From sequence record OP617741.1: DNA of 64,000 nt; one strand, 5' to 3'. The first letter of the stretch is position 1. Every line of letters begins with the position of its first letter. A model generated the notes under the pieces. The model was given only the letters and a program-made list of their open reading frames with translations, ran no database searches and was not told the DNA's origin. This document shows positions 9,605 to 19,569 of the stretch, piece by piece. Origin of the DNA: Klebsiella phage KP13-16. The translations under genes were made by a program, and so were the position numbers.

Positions 9605-11081
9605 CTTTGGATTAAAGGATTTCGGTTTCATAATGCCTTCTTATGATGACTGGAGATCTGCATATTATGAAAACGCAAGGGCAACATTTGGTAGTGATGT
9701 AAATATCGGAGACTCTTCTGTTATAGGACAGTTTCTGAGTATCTTTGCATTTCAGGATATCTACACTTGGCAAGGATTGCAAGCTGTTTATAATAGCCAA
9801 ACTTTGAATGGTGCAGAAGGTATTTATCTGGATGAAATCCTCTCAAGACGTGGTGTATTTAGAAAGACAAGCGCAGCCGGGAATGGTTATGCATTTATTA
9901 AGACAAATAATACTGCACTATGGACGACAAGTATTCCGCTGTCAACATCTTTTAGATCATCTAGTGGTCAAACATACCAAGTGTCTATAGAAACAGCATT
10001 ACGAGATCGTATTGCTGCTTACACTGTTACTAAATCTCAATTGACTTCTGCTGGGTCATCTATTACATTTTATATTACAAATGTAGTTAGTGGAGCCTTG
10101 AATACTGCAACTTTTGCAACAAACTCTTCAACATTGATGACAGATCTGGCAACTTTTATATCTTCTAACGTTGCATCATCTGAGACCAGTAAAGTTTTTG
10201 TTCAGAATAATACTTTATATGTAGGATTTAATAGTACAGATTTAACCAATCCTGTTGGTTTAAATTCTTCTGTTAAATTCTATGCAACAGTTAACGTAGG
10301 AACTAAGTGGAGTCTTATTCCTGTAACAGCAACTGAGACTGGGGTTTATGATGTCTTTCCTGGTGGGATTGTTAGTATAACACCTTCCATTACAGGGCAA
10401 CTTGCTGTAGGTAACTTTACTGAGTTTTATCCTGGTCGTGATGTTGAGACAGACGCAGAGTATCGAGCAAGATTCAATGATGTTATTGATGAATCAAATG
10501 CTGCAACAAGACCTGCAATTTATAAAGCTATCTCTGATTTAGATGGTGTTGAAAAAGTTAGAATCTATGATAATCCAACTATTAATGATACACCAGAGGC
10601 TCCAGCATTTACATTTAACACAGTAGTACTAGGTGGAGATCCTCAAGAAATTGCAACTACGTTATATAATAAAAAACCTATTAACACTCTGACATCAGGT
10701 ACTGTGAGTTATAATCAAGCGCTTCCAGATGGTGGTATTGAAGTTATAAAATATACTCCTGCTACTGAAACTGAATATAGTCTCAGAGTAAGATATAGAA
10801 CAGTAGATGACTCTCCATTGACACCAGAAGAGCAGACAGTTATTCAAAATAACTTTGTTAATCTGGCTTCATCTTTTGAGATTGGGACAACCATATTTAA
10901 CGTTCAACTTCAAAGTGTTGTTTTTAGTTCTATTACTTTCGGGAGATTGAGTTACTTAGAAGTTCAAACTAAAAAAGCATCTGATCCTGATTCAAGTTTC
11001 TCTACTTCAGACATTACTCCAGCGTTTTCTGAAATTGCAGCCATCTCTACAGAAAATGTTTCGTTTGAACAAGTGATTTAA
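9597..11081 (+). CDS. baseplate J-like protein
   Basis: 494 aa, following the gpW-like gene and followed by a gpI-like gene (P2/Mu order V-W-J-I). Confidence 0.5.
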   Translation: MSDFGLKDFGFIMPSYDDWRSAYYENARATFGSDVNIGDSSVIGQFLSIFAFQDIYTWQGLQAVYNSQTLNGAEGIYLDEILSRRGVFRKTSAAGNGYAFIKTNNTALWTTSIPLSTSFRSSSGQTYQVSIETALRDRIAAYTVTKSQLTSAGSSITFYITNVVSGALNTATFATNSSTLMTDLATFISSNVASSETSKVFVQNNTLYVGFNSTDLTNPVGLNSSVKFYATVNVGTKWSLIPVTATETGVYDVFPGGIVSITPSITGQLAVGNFTEFYPGRDVETDAEYRARFNDVIDESNAATRPAIYKAISDLDGVEKVRIYDNPTINDTPEAPAFTFNTVVLGGDPQEIATTLYNKKPINTLTSGTVSYNQALPDGGIEVIKYTPATETEYSLRVRYRTVDDSPLTPEEQTVIQNNFVNLASSFEIGTTIFNVQLQSVVFSSITFGRLSYLEVQTKKASDPDSSFSTSDITPAFSEIAAISTENVSFEQVI

Positions 11082-11090
11082 GGAGGTCAC

Positions 11091-11714
11091 ATGGCTAACA
11101 GTGTTGACCATATCCAATATAATCCTGATTATGTAAAAGATACCTTTGATTTACTTTTAGAACAGTTTAAAGGATCTGATAATCTTGTCAAGCTTTTACA
11201 AGTTATTGCTAGTATGAAAAAGCAAATAGATGACGAAGTTATCTTTTTGGGTAAACATAGAACCATAGACACAGGAACAGGGATTGTTCTTGATAATATT
11301 GGGGAAGAACTAGGGGTTCCTAGAAATGGGGCTTCTGATGATGACTACAGGAATATACTAAAAATAAGATCTTATAGAACTAAAACTTCTGGAACTATGC
11401 CAGAAATTATAGACCTTTTAGTTAGGTTTACCGGAGTAGATGCACAAAGCATAAATATTTATATTGGTAGTCAAAAATCTTTTGATATTGCATTTTATGA
11501 AGGATGTTTAAATGCAGAAAAGGCAGAAGAGGAATTAACAGAGATTTTCCCAATTCTTAGTAGTTACAGACTTCTATTGAAATCAGGGACACCTTTGGGT
11601 TTTGGATCAGTCTATGATGATACACCTTCGGATGTTTTCCAAGGATTTGGTTCTGTATTTGATGAGAATTCATATGGTGGGCATTTACCTTCACTATTAA
11701 CCGCCACACCTTAA
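11091..11714 (+). CDS. putative baseplate/tail protein I-like
   Basis: 207 aa. Assigned by gene order; RBS GGAGG. Confidence 0.4.
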   Translation: MANSVDHIQYNPDYVKDTFDLLLEQFKGSDNLVKLLQVIASMKKQIDDEVIFLGKHRTIDTGTGIVLDNIGEELGVPRNGASDDDYRNILKIRSYRTKTSGTMPEIIDLLVRFTGVDAQSINIYIGSQKSFDIAFYEGCLNAEKAEEELTEIFPILSSYRLLLKSGTPLGFGSVYDDTPSDVFQGFGSVFDENSYGGHLPSLLTATP

Positions 11715-11726
11715 AAAGGAGATATA

Positions 11727-12644
11727 ATGGCACAACCTACATACTATCCTGATTGGGCTACAGAAGATACTACATTGCCTTCTACAGGACAAACAAATAA
11801 GGTTAGACCTAAGAATAGCCTTTTAACTATTGGCTGGGATAAAGGTCAAATCCCTAGTGCAGAAGAGTTCAACTGGGAACTAAATAATCTTGGTCAATGG
11901 ATTAGATACTTAAATGATGAAGTTATCGCAGGACTTCCTGATGTGTACTTACCTAAAAATGGTACGCAATTAACCTTTGAAGGAGATATTTCAGGAACTG
12001 CTACTTGGAATGGTGACGCTGTTACTTCTGTGACTCTATCCTCTGCAACCTTAAATGCAGCAACTTATAACCCTACTCCAAATACTCTTGTAAAAAGAGA
12101 TAGTGGTGGTGGATTTGGAGCACTACAAAACTTTTATGGATATGCTCCAGCAGGTCAAAATTTTGACTATAGAATTTATGACCAAGCCGCAAGTAATGTT
12201 CAAAAAGCATCCTTTGCTTGGGATAGATCAGCAGATGTCGTTACTTTATATAGAGGGACTCCTACAGCAAAAACATCTGAAATTGTTCTATATGTAGGTA
12301 GAGTAGAATTAACTTCTCCTCGATCAAGAAGTACACAAGGTACAGATAATGCAGACCTTACAAGAAAAGATTATGTTGATGGTATAAAAAATACCCTACA
12401 AACTAATATTGATATGGTAGCAAATGACTTAAGTAACTTTATTACTACAGCAAACAACACTTATGTTAAAGCTATTAGATTAGGTACAAGAGGTACAATA
12501 GGTGTTTCAGGTTCCTTACAAGATGCCCCTGACGGAAACGTACTTGTTGGTGGTGGTGATTTCGGTGCAGATGATGGTTCTTATGCTTATCGTTTACTAC
12601 AATATCAAATTAATGGAACTTGGTACACAGCTAGTGTAACGTGA
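11727..12644 (+). CDS. putative tail fiber / tailspike-adaptor protein
   Basis: 305 aa, Gly/Thr/Asn-rich beta-type composition, downstream of the baseplate genes. Confidence 0.4.
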   Translation: MAQPTYYPDWATEDTTLPSTGQTNKVRPKNSLLTIGWDKGQIPSAEEFNWELNNLGQWIRYLNDEVIAGLPDVYLPKNGTQLTFEGDISGTATWNGDAVTSVTLSSATLNAATYNPTPNTLVKRDSGGGFGALQNFYGYAPAGQNFDYRIYDQAASNVQKASFAWDRSADVVTLYRGTPTAKTSEIVLYVGRVELTSPRSRSTQGTDNADLTRKDYVDGIKNTLQTNIDMVANDLSNFITTANNTYVKAIRLGTRGTIGVSGSLQDAPDGNVLVGGGDFGADDGSYAYRLLQYQINGTWYTASVT

Positions 12645-12650
12645 GGATAA

Positions 12651-13190
12651 ATGAAATATTTAAATTATAAATTGAAAGAAAATCTTTCTGAATTTGAACA
12701 AACATTAAGAGACCAACATGGTATAGTTTTTCTTGAAGATGAAGATCAGAATGATTGGTATGAGAGTTTAAAGGAGATAATGTCAGAAGGTTTTAAGATG
12801 ACACTTAAAATTTCTTCTACCGGGGACATTATCTCTTACTCTACTGATCCAACTTCATTACTAGCTGAAGAATCTATTTCATTAGTTCCTTTAGAAAAAG
12901 AATTTAACTTTAAACCAGATGTTAAATACAGATATAATTTTAAAAAATCCTGTATTGAGACTAGAGAATTAAATTCAAAAGAAAGAATTCATACAAATCG
13001 CAAGGCTGTTAAAAATAAAAAGACAGAACTTCGAGACCTAATTTTTACACTTAAATGTAAGGAAGATTTAGGATTACTAACCAAAGACGAAGAAAAAGAA
13101 CTTTTAACTTTTAAAAATATTTTTGTGAAATTGTCAGAATTATCAGATGAAGACTTAGCAGATAAGAATTTTAAACTACCAACAGAATAA
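12651..13190 (+). CDS. hypothetical protein
   Basis: 179 aa, charged and K/E-rich. Confidence 0.45.
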   Translation: MKYLNYKLKENLSEFEQTLRDQHGIVFLEDEDQNDWYESLKEIMSEGFKMTLKISSTGDIISYSTDPTSLLAEESISLVPLEKEFNFKPDVKYRYNFKKSCIETRELNSKERIHTNRKAVKNKKTELRDLIFTLKCKEDLGLLTKDEEKELLTFKNIFVKLSELSDEDLADKNFKLPTE

Positions 13191-13202
13191 GGGGAAACAA
13201 TA

Positions 13203-13529
13203 ATGCTTTCATTGCCTATACTTTGGGATATTGTTAAAGTTGCAGTTTTCCCTGTCTTGGGTTTAATTTATGCAATATTCCAACAAAAACTTTCTAGGAT
13301 GGATATGGATATTGAAAAGTTGAATATGGCAAATTCAGACCTTGAAAAGAAAATAATCAAAATGGAATCCTCATTTGTAACTCAAGACCAAATGAGGGAT
13401 CTATTCCAAGAATTCTTAAGCAATCTTGAAAAAAGTAATAATACGTTGGAGACAAGAATCGAGAAAACAATGGACCTAAAAATCGGTCCTGTCAAGGATA
13501 TGTTGTCTAAACTTATTGATAAAAAGTGA
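13203..13529 (+). CDS. membrane-anchored coiled-coil protein
   Basis: An N-terminal TM helix (LPILWDIVKVAVFPVLGLIYAIF) followed by a helical region. Confidence 0.45.
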   Translation: MLSLPILWDIVKVAVFPVLGLIYAIFQQKLSRMDMDIEKLNMANSDLEKKIIKMESSFVTQDQMRDLFQEFLSNLEKSNNTLETRIEKTMDLKIGPVKDMLSKLIDKK

Positions 13530-13558
13530 TTTTTAATGTAGAATAACTAGGAGGTAAG

Positions 13559-14044
13559 ATGTTATTGTATGAACAATATCTTCTAATATACCTCCTGGGA
13601 ATCTTTTTGATTAAAGATACAAACATTAAAATTGTTTTTATCATTTTGTGTCTGGACTACCTATTTGATACGATACTTTATGATCTACTAGTTTCACCTA
13701 TTGAGTATCTAATTAGTATAACATTTCTAGAAATGATTCTAATGTTTATAGGATTACCTTTTGTAAAAGATATTAGACTGAGATTAGTATTTTCTTTTGC
13801 TGTAATTCTAACATTGTTAAATCCAATGTTTATACTTGCGATTGATTTCTTTATACAAAGAGATGATGCATTAAGTTACTATCTCTACTTGTTTTGTAAA
13901 CATTCTTCTGCTTATGCAAACGAGATTTTAATTACCTACCTTTTGACTGTATTAAAAAGAGTAGATAAAAGAACAAATTTTTGGCTAACTTTTGTAGCAT
14001 GTAACTACATACTTGTTATTGCCTCACACTTTAAGGAGATATGA
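13559..14044 (+). CDS. polytopic membrane protein
   Basis: 161 aa with about 4-5 hydrophobic helices. Its stop overlaps the tailspike start (ATGA). Confidence 0.45.
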   Translation: MLLYEQYLLIYLLGIFLIKDTNIKIVFIILCLDYLFDTILYDLLVSPIEYLISITFLEMILMFIGLPFVKDIRLRLVFSFAVILTLLNPMFILAIDFFIQRDDALSYYLYLFCKHSSAYANEILITYLLTVLKRVDKRTNFWLTFVACNYILVIASHFKEI

Positions 14045-16947
14045 TGGCAGATAATTTTCCACAATACCCTGCTACTTCATTCGACCAAGCTGTAGATCTT
14101 ACAATATACGCTAGTAACCAGCTTGGTGATGTAATCAATGGGGATGCAACTTCAGTCGTAAGTACTGAGAGTGGTGATATCCCAACATTAAGAAAAGCTT
14201 TAATTGATAATTTTTATTTTAAAAATCCTATTCAATGGAATCCGGGAAATACTAATACAGTCTTTAACCAACTTTATGTTTTTGATACAGATAATATCAA
14301 TAAAGGTTGGTACTATGCACCTACAGCGACAGCTACAAACCCAATTTTAATGGGTAGCACCCCAGTTGGTGATGCAAACTGGAAGCTTTACTCATTAGTT
14401 GCTACAGGGATTCCTGCACAAGTATTTCCTTGGTCAACAGAGATCACCCAGGTAACAAGTTCTATAGTCCCTCCATATGAATTTGATACAGCTATTGTAA
14501 CGTATAATAGTGGGGTTTTAGTACCAGGCAAAGATTATACTATTGCAAATAATACTATTACTTTTACTCCACCATTATCGCCAGAACCTGACGCAGAAGT
14601 CCCTGATATTTTATTTTGTTATATTGGTAAAGTGGAGGAAGGTAATCCTAATATTAACTATGTAACTTATAATAGTTTAGCTGCCCCTACAGCAGCGGAT
14701 ATCATTGGAACAAGTTCCGGTGAAACTGTGCAAACAGTGTTAAATAATAAAATAAATATAAATGAACTTAATTATGTTACGCCGGAAATGTCAGGCTTTG
14801 TAACTGGTGTAGGTAACGCTGATGACGATACCGCTGCTATCCAGTGGGCGCTCAATCAGGGGGCGGCACTCGTAGTTTTCGATTCGACAAAAACATATAA
14901 CATCCAGCCTGGAGTTATTCAGCACACCGGTAAAATCAATGTTGATGCCGGGACAGCTAAAATTGTCTGTGACGGCATAGCTGTTGATATTATTGACGGT
15001 GCTGGTTCCGTATGGAAAGGTGGTAACTTACTTAGCAAAACAACTCCGTGGACAGTTGTCTATGACGAAGATTTCAACATTGTTGAAAGCGGAAACCTGG
15101 GTTATGGTCGTATGCCATACCAGGACGATGCAAACGTTGATTCTTCTCACTATTACCAGCAAATTTGTTGCTCCCTTGTGTTTCGTTCCTCTACCTCGGA
15201 CGTTCTTGACGGGTTAACTGTATCTGGTGTGAATGGCAGTTATGCCGCAGTTGTGGCTGCTGGTTTCAAGAATACCAAGTGGACGCATAACAAGATTCGA
15301 GGTGGTGCTCTTGCTGGGGCAATCATGGTACTCAATGACTGTGAGTTACCTGTTACGGCTGGTTTTGGATGGAATGCTGGCGTAGACGTGTCTTATGGAA
15401 ATCCTTTTAAATGGGCGCGTGGAAGCAATCACACCTTTGAAAACTGTGACCTCTTCGAAAGTCGGCAGATGGGTCTTTGCGTCACTGGCTCAGACTGTGT
15501 GACCATTTCTAACGTCAACACCTATGATAATGCAGAATCTGGTGTCCAGACAGGTCAATACAGTTCCGCGTACCCACAAGAAAGCATCATCTGTAAGCAC
15601 GTCATTCAGATAGGGTGTAAATCGTGGGGTAACTATTATGACGGTCTTGACCATGCCTCAGTAACTAGCGGTGCTGCTGGTCCCTACTTCGATAAATACC
15701 TTAACGTCTCTAACTGTGAGAGCTTCAATAACCGTGCTACTGGTATATTTGCCCAGGGCAACAATCTTCAAATTAAGGGAAATAACTTTCACGACAATGG
15801 CGCTCACGGGATACGGGTTCAGGATTCAGCAGTCGTTGACCTTTCACGTAACCAATGTACCTATAACGGGAGGTTAGCAGGTGGTTATCAAATAGCGGCC
15901 GTAGGTTCAGATATGTCTGTGGATGATAACACAGTTTTGAATACCTCGCAGACTGATTCCCACTTAGTCAACATCAGCATTGGATTGCAAACACAAAAAC
16001 AGTTTGGTGTTAAGTTTAAAAATACACCCCTAAGCACTCGTTCTTCCCCTAAGACTGTCATTGGCATAGGGGTGTTGATGAGCAGTGACGAAAAGACATC
16101 AGATGGAAGTGATGCATCTTATTCTGGGGTCAGAGCTTCAGGGTATATTCCGGCCCCCATTGCTGGGGTCACAAGCACAAAGAGTGTAGCTTCAGAGGCA
16201 GGAGCAGTTGCCGCATGGAAACACCCGACTACTGGTGCCTGGATGCGGTTGTTTACCAACGACCTGACTGGTGCAACTAACACCGGTTTCTCATTCGGCT
16301 ATAACTGGGGGAAAAACACAAATAGCCCGTCAGGTTATTGGGATAATGCCGGTATAGGCGGTACGTTACTTACACTTTACCCAACAGCTATTGTATTCGA
16401 TATACATGCCGCAGGAAACATGTCTAGTGTTGGTGGTATTACGATTGCCTCGACCGTTCTACGTCCTAATATTGATAATGCAATATCGGGCGGCCAATCT
16501 ACATTCCGTTTTACCCAGTTATTTGCAACCAATAGTACGATAGGTACTTGTGATGCAGATGAAAAAATGGAGCCTGTTGCCCCTAATGAAGCGGAAATTA
16601 ATGCTTTCTACGAAATAAGTCTGCTGCCTTGGGTGTGGCAGTGGCTTGAAAAATATCAAGTAGAAGGTGATAACGCGAGATTGCACTCAGGGCCAACGGT
16701 GCAAGCAGCAATCGCCATAATGGATAAACATGGTCTTGACTGGACTCGCTATGCCGCATTTTGTTATGACGAGTGGGACGCCTGGGAGGGTGGTATTGAC
16801 CCAGAAACTGGAAAATACGTAGCACCTTATGAAGCTGGTCATCGTTATGGATTCAGGAAAGAAGAACTGCTTCTGTGGATGCTGCGAGCAATGGTGGAGA
16901 AACAAAAATCTCTGGAAGACCGAATACTAGTGCTGGAGAATAAATAA
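14041..16947 (+). CDS. tailspike protein 1 with pectate-lyase-like (depolymerase) domain
   Basis: 968 aa. The motif GVGNADDDTAAIQWALNQG matches the Pectate_lyase_3 signature. GC content rises in the enzymatic and C-terminal parts. The C-terminus is W-rich. Confidence 0.75.
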   Translation: MMADNFPQYPATSFDQAVDLTIYASNQLGDVINGDATSVVSTESGDIPTLRKALIDNFYFKNPIQWNPGNTNTVFNQLYVFDTDNINKGWYYAPTATATNPILMGSTPVGDANWKLYSLVATGIPAQVFPWSTEITQVTSSIVPPYEFDTAIVTYNSGVLVPGKDYTIANNTITFTPPLSPEPDAEVPDILFCYIGKVEEGNPNINYVTYNSLAAPTAADIIGTSSGETVQTVLNNKININELNYVTPEMSGFVTGVGNADDDTAAIQWALNQGAALVVFDSTKTYNIQPGVIQHTGKINVDAGTAKIVCDGIAVDIIDGAGSVWKGGNLLSKTTPWTVVYDEDFNIVESGNLGYGRMPYQDDANVDSSHYYQQICCSLVFRSSTSDVLDGLTVSGVNGSYAAVVAAGFKNTKWTHNKIRGGALAGAIMVLNDCELPVTAGFGWNAGVDVSYGNPFKWARGSNHTFENCDLFESRQMGLCVTGSDCVTISNVNTYDNAESGVQTGQYSSAYPQESIICKHVIQIGCKSWGNYYDGLDHASVTSGAAGPYFDKYLNVSNCESFNNRATGIFAQGNNLQIKGNNFHDNGAHGIRVQDSAVVDLSRNQCTYNGRLAGGYQIAAVGSDMSVDDNTVLNTSQTDSHLVNISIGLQTQKQFGVKFKNTPLSTRSSPKTVIGIGVLMSSDEKTSDGSDASYSGVRASGYIPAPIAGVTSTKSVASEAGAVAAWKHPTTGAWMRLFTNDLTGATNTGFSFGYNWGKNTNSPSGYWDNAGIGGTLLTLYPTAIVFDIHAAGNMSSVGGITIASTVLRPNIDNAISGGQSTFRFTQLFATNSTIGTCDADEKMEPVAPNEAEINAFYEISLLPWVWQWLEKYQVEGDNARLHSGPTVQAAIAIMDKHGLDWTRYAAFCYDEWDAWEGGIDPETGKYVAPYEAGHRYGFRKEELLLWMLRAMVEKQKSLEDRILVLENK

Positions 16948-16967
16948 TTCTAGAATTATTTATTCTC
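16936..16967 (+). terminator. perfect 32-nt palindrome overlapping the tailspike 1 stop
   Basis: gagaataaataattc tag aattatttattctc read directly from the sequence. The stem is AT-rich and the U-tract is weak (ttatat). Confidence 0.4.
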
Positions 16968-17049
16968 TTATATCAAGGCTAATATATAAAGCTAAAATTT
17001 GATAAATATAATTTTATCATTTTTATTAAATTTCAACTTGGAGATTTTA

Positions 17050-19206
17050 ATGATCCAATTAACACAACCAAAAGGTATGGTCTCTAAGGAGACCAATAAA
17101 GAAGCAATAGCCCGAGTTTTCGGGCTTAAAAAGAGACAAGTTGGATATTTATCTACTTCAGCCGCAGTAGATTCATATACAATTTTATATGATTCAGCTA
17201 CTCAGACTTCTTGGTTTAGAGGTTCAGCTACTGGAACCCCGTCAAGCTGGACTATCACAAATGGGGTAATGGTTTTAGTTACCTCAGCAGGGACTTTTAA
17301 CTTAAGTCTTGCTGATCTTCGTCAAAACTTGGGTTCAAGTGACGGGGCTGGACTGGTTGGTCTTTCACAAGGCGGGTTTGTCAGCGATGCTATCAAATGG
17401 GTAACACCGGAGATGTTTGGTGCTGTTGGCGATGGTGTTGCTGACGATTCTGACGCACTACAAAACGCAATGAATGCTTGTGTTGATTTCGTATGGCAAG
17501 GAAATGTTTCTGATACTGATGCTCGCGGGGCAACTGTTAAATACTATTTGATGCTGCCAGGACGTTATCGTTTCACCAGAACTATGATAATTCCACCTTA
17601 TCTCCGAATGAGTGGAATTGCACAATCTTATTTGGGTGATCCAACGAATAATTTCACAAAGTTCATTCCAGATTTTTCCATGCAGGATGGCTATGCATTT
17701 GAATCACTAAACCTTGATCAAACAGGTGCGCACACGGCAAAGGTTGATTCATATTCTGCCAGTGCGAGCGACAGGCGAGAAATCACGCGCTGCCCTGGGT
17801 TACTATTGGAGAATTTCTCCGTTGTTGCTGGGGCCAACACTTCCCTGAAGGGGATTTTCAATTTCCGCCTCACACATGGTGCAGTACTCAAGAGCATTTG
17901 TGCACGCATTACATCCCGAGCAGCAGTGGGGGCCAACCTCACCTGTACGTGGAATGGTGCATTCAGGGATTGCATTTTCAGGACTGCAACAATTGCTCTG
18001 ACACTGAGAAATAACGTTACGACTTGGCTGTTTGATAACTGCTACTTCCAGACTACCCAGGGGCCAAACCCACTGTCATGGTTTACTGATTTCCCTGAAT
18101 TCTATGGGTATTCAACAAGACAAGCCTGGACAGCTTGTGTGGCTGGGTCATGGTCGTCCCCACATTTTAAGGATTGCACACTAGAAAATTCTCAAAACGG
18201 TTACAGGCTTCACAGATGCCAGGGTGGTTCTGAGCACGGAACTTACTTTGAGAATATCGAAGAAGAATGCTACGCCCTCATGGAGTGCGTAATGAGTATG
18301 ACCCCTGGTTATTTTTACAATAATAAAGGGGCAGCAGCTACCACACGCATGGTGTTTTTGTCAGGGTCTCCTGCAAACTCAGCAAGTATTGACATGACCA
18401 ATACTAACTACTTTAGCCAGACTGTTGACCCATATAACTGTCCTGGTTCCAGTAAGTTGGTTGTAAAACACGCTGGCGATATGCGAACCAGGATGAAAAT
18501 TACATACCCTAACAAGGTTATTTTTAACTGTTACTCTCAGTTTTCTGGTTATTGCGATATCTATATCTCGGCATCCGGTGATGACAGTTATAACGGGTAT
18601 AGCTCAAGCTATCCAGTTAAGACATTGCAGGAAGCATTGCTTCGCTGCCAGCCAAATTATAAAAACAGGATTTATATTGCTGCTGGTAATACGGTAACAA
18701 CAACCAAATACTACTCAGATGGCTACCAGCCAAACAGTAGGTTTTTTGAGAATTATGATATTCAGGTAGTTGGTGATGCCACAACAAGACCTACTCTAGA
18801 AATTGGAGAAGACCCAGCATGGTTGTCAGGAATTGGGATTAAAAATGGGAGAATTTCATTCAAAAATTTGAATATCACTCTCACCTTATCCTCATCAACA
18901 AGTGCCGCAGCAAAGGCATTTGGTGCTCTGGTTTATGTTTATGGTGACTGTGGGGTTTCGTTTGATAACTGTACAATATCAGGAAGTGATGCCACTTATA
19001 TACCGTTCCTTGTTTCTCCTGCTCAGAAACCAGGTGTAGTAAAACTATCGCTGAATTCCTGCTCATTATCAAATATGAACATAGTTCAGGGATCGAATAT
19101 AAGCGGGTTTGGCCTTGCTTATATCCTAAACCACGATTCTTGTACTTTTTCTTCAGTTGCTGAAGGTAGTACAATTGCTAAAATTTACTCGCGTGCAATC
19201 GCGTAA
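17050..19206 (+). CDS. tailspike protein 2 with pectate-lyase-like (depolymerase) domain
   Basis: ATG at 17050 with GGAG 7 nt upstream. The listed 16999 start lacks an RBS. The motif FGAVGDGVADDSDALQNAMNAC matches the Pectate_lyase_3 signature. A GC-rich central segment is present. Confidence 0.75.
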   Translation: MIQLTQPKGMVSKETNKEAIARVFGLKKRQVGYLSTSAAVDSYTILYDSATQTSWFRGSATGTPSSWTITNGVMVLVTSAGTFNLSLADLRQNLGSSDGAGLVGLSQGGFVSDAIKWVTPEMFGAVGDGVADDSDALQNAMNACVDFVWQGNVSDTDARGATVKYYLMLPGRYRFTRTMIIPPYLRMSGIAQSYLGDPTNNFTKFIPDFSMQDGYAFESLNLDQTGAHTAKVDSYSASASDRREITRCPGLLLENFSVVAGANTSLKGIFNFRLTHGAVLKSICARITSRAAVGANLTCTWNGAFRDCIFRTATIALTLRNNVTTWLFDNCYFQTTQGPNPLSWFTDFPEFYGYSTRQAWTACVAGSWSSPHFKDCTLENSQNGYRLHRCQGGSEHGTYFENIEEECYALMECVMSMTPGYFYNNKGAAATTRMVFLSGSPANSASIDMTNTNYFSQTVDPYNCPGSSKLVVKHAGDMRTRMKITYPNKVIFNCYSQFSGYCDIYISASGDDSYNGYSSSYPVKTLQEALLRCQPNYKNRIYIAAGNTVTTTKYYSDGYQPNSRFFENYDIQVVGDATTRPTLEIGEDPAWLSGIGIKNGRISFKNLNITLTLSSSTSAAAKAFGALVYVYGDCGVSFDNCTISGSDATYIPFLVSPAQKPGVVKLSLNSCSLSNMNIVQGSNISGFGLAYILNHDSCTFSSVAEGSTIAKIYSRAIA

Positions 19207-19217
19207 AGGATAAAAAA

Positions 19218-19484
19218 ATGTCATTTACAATATCAAAGCAGTGTTCAGTTGTTAAAAACTATCCAGAACTTGGAATAGTTAGTCCATCAGATAGCGAAAT
19301 TCTAACAACAACTTATGAGGCCATCATGGTAAATTCTGTAGCCGCAGGGATAGCTGAGGTTCAGTTCAGTGTAAAAGCTGACGGGATCGGTGAAGGGATA
19401 ATTACTTATTCCTTCCCCCATAATGGATTAGATAACCTACTGGTACAGGCAGAAACCTCGCTAGAATCCAGTCTTAGTGGTTGA
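19218..19484 (+). CDS. hypothetical protein
   Basis: 88 aa, the last + strand ORF before the convergent terminator. Confidence 0.4.
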   Translation: MSFTISKQCSVVKNYPELGIVSPSDSEILTTTYEAIMVNSVAAGIAEVQFSVKADGIGEGIITYSFPHNGLDNLLVQAETSLESSLSG

Positions 19485-19533
19485 TGCTTTCCGATTAGGC
19501 AGACCTCCTGTAATAAAATACTGGAAGTCAGTA

Positions 19534-19566
19534 AAGAAAAAGGGAGCCATTAGGCTCCCTTTATTT
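19534..19566. terminator. bidirectional rho-independent terminator
   Basis: aaaaaGGGAGCC-atta-GGCTCCCtttatttg. The stem is perfect, A-tract and T-tract flank it, and it sits between convergent genes. Confidence 0.8.
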
Positions 19567-19569
19567 GTA

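Noticed and set aside
16999-17049. Listed tailspike 2 start at 16999 (MINIILSFLL...)
   Set aside because: No RBS, and an odd hydrophobic leader. ATG 17050 has GGAG at optimal spacing.
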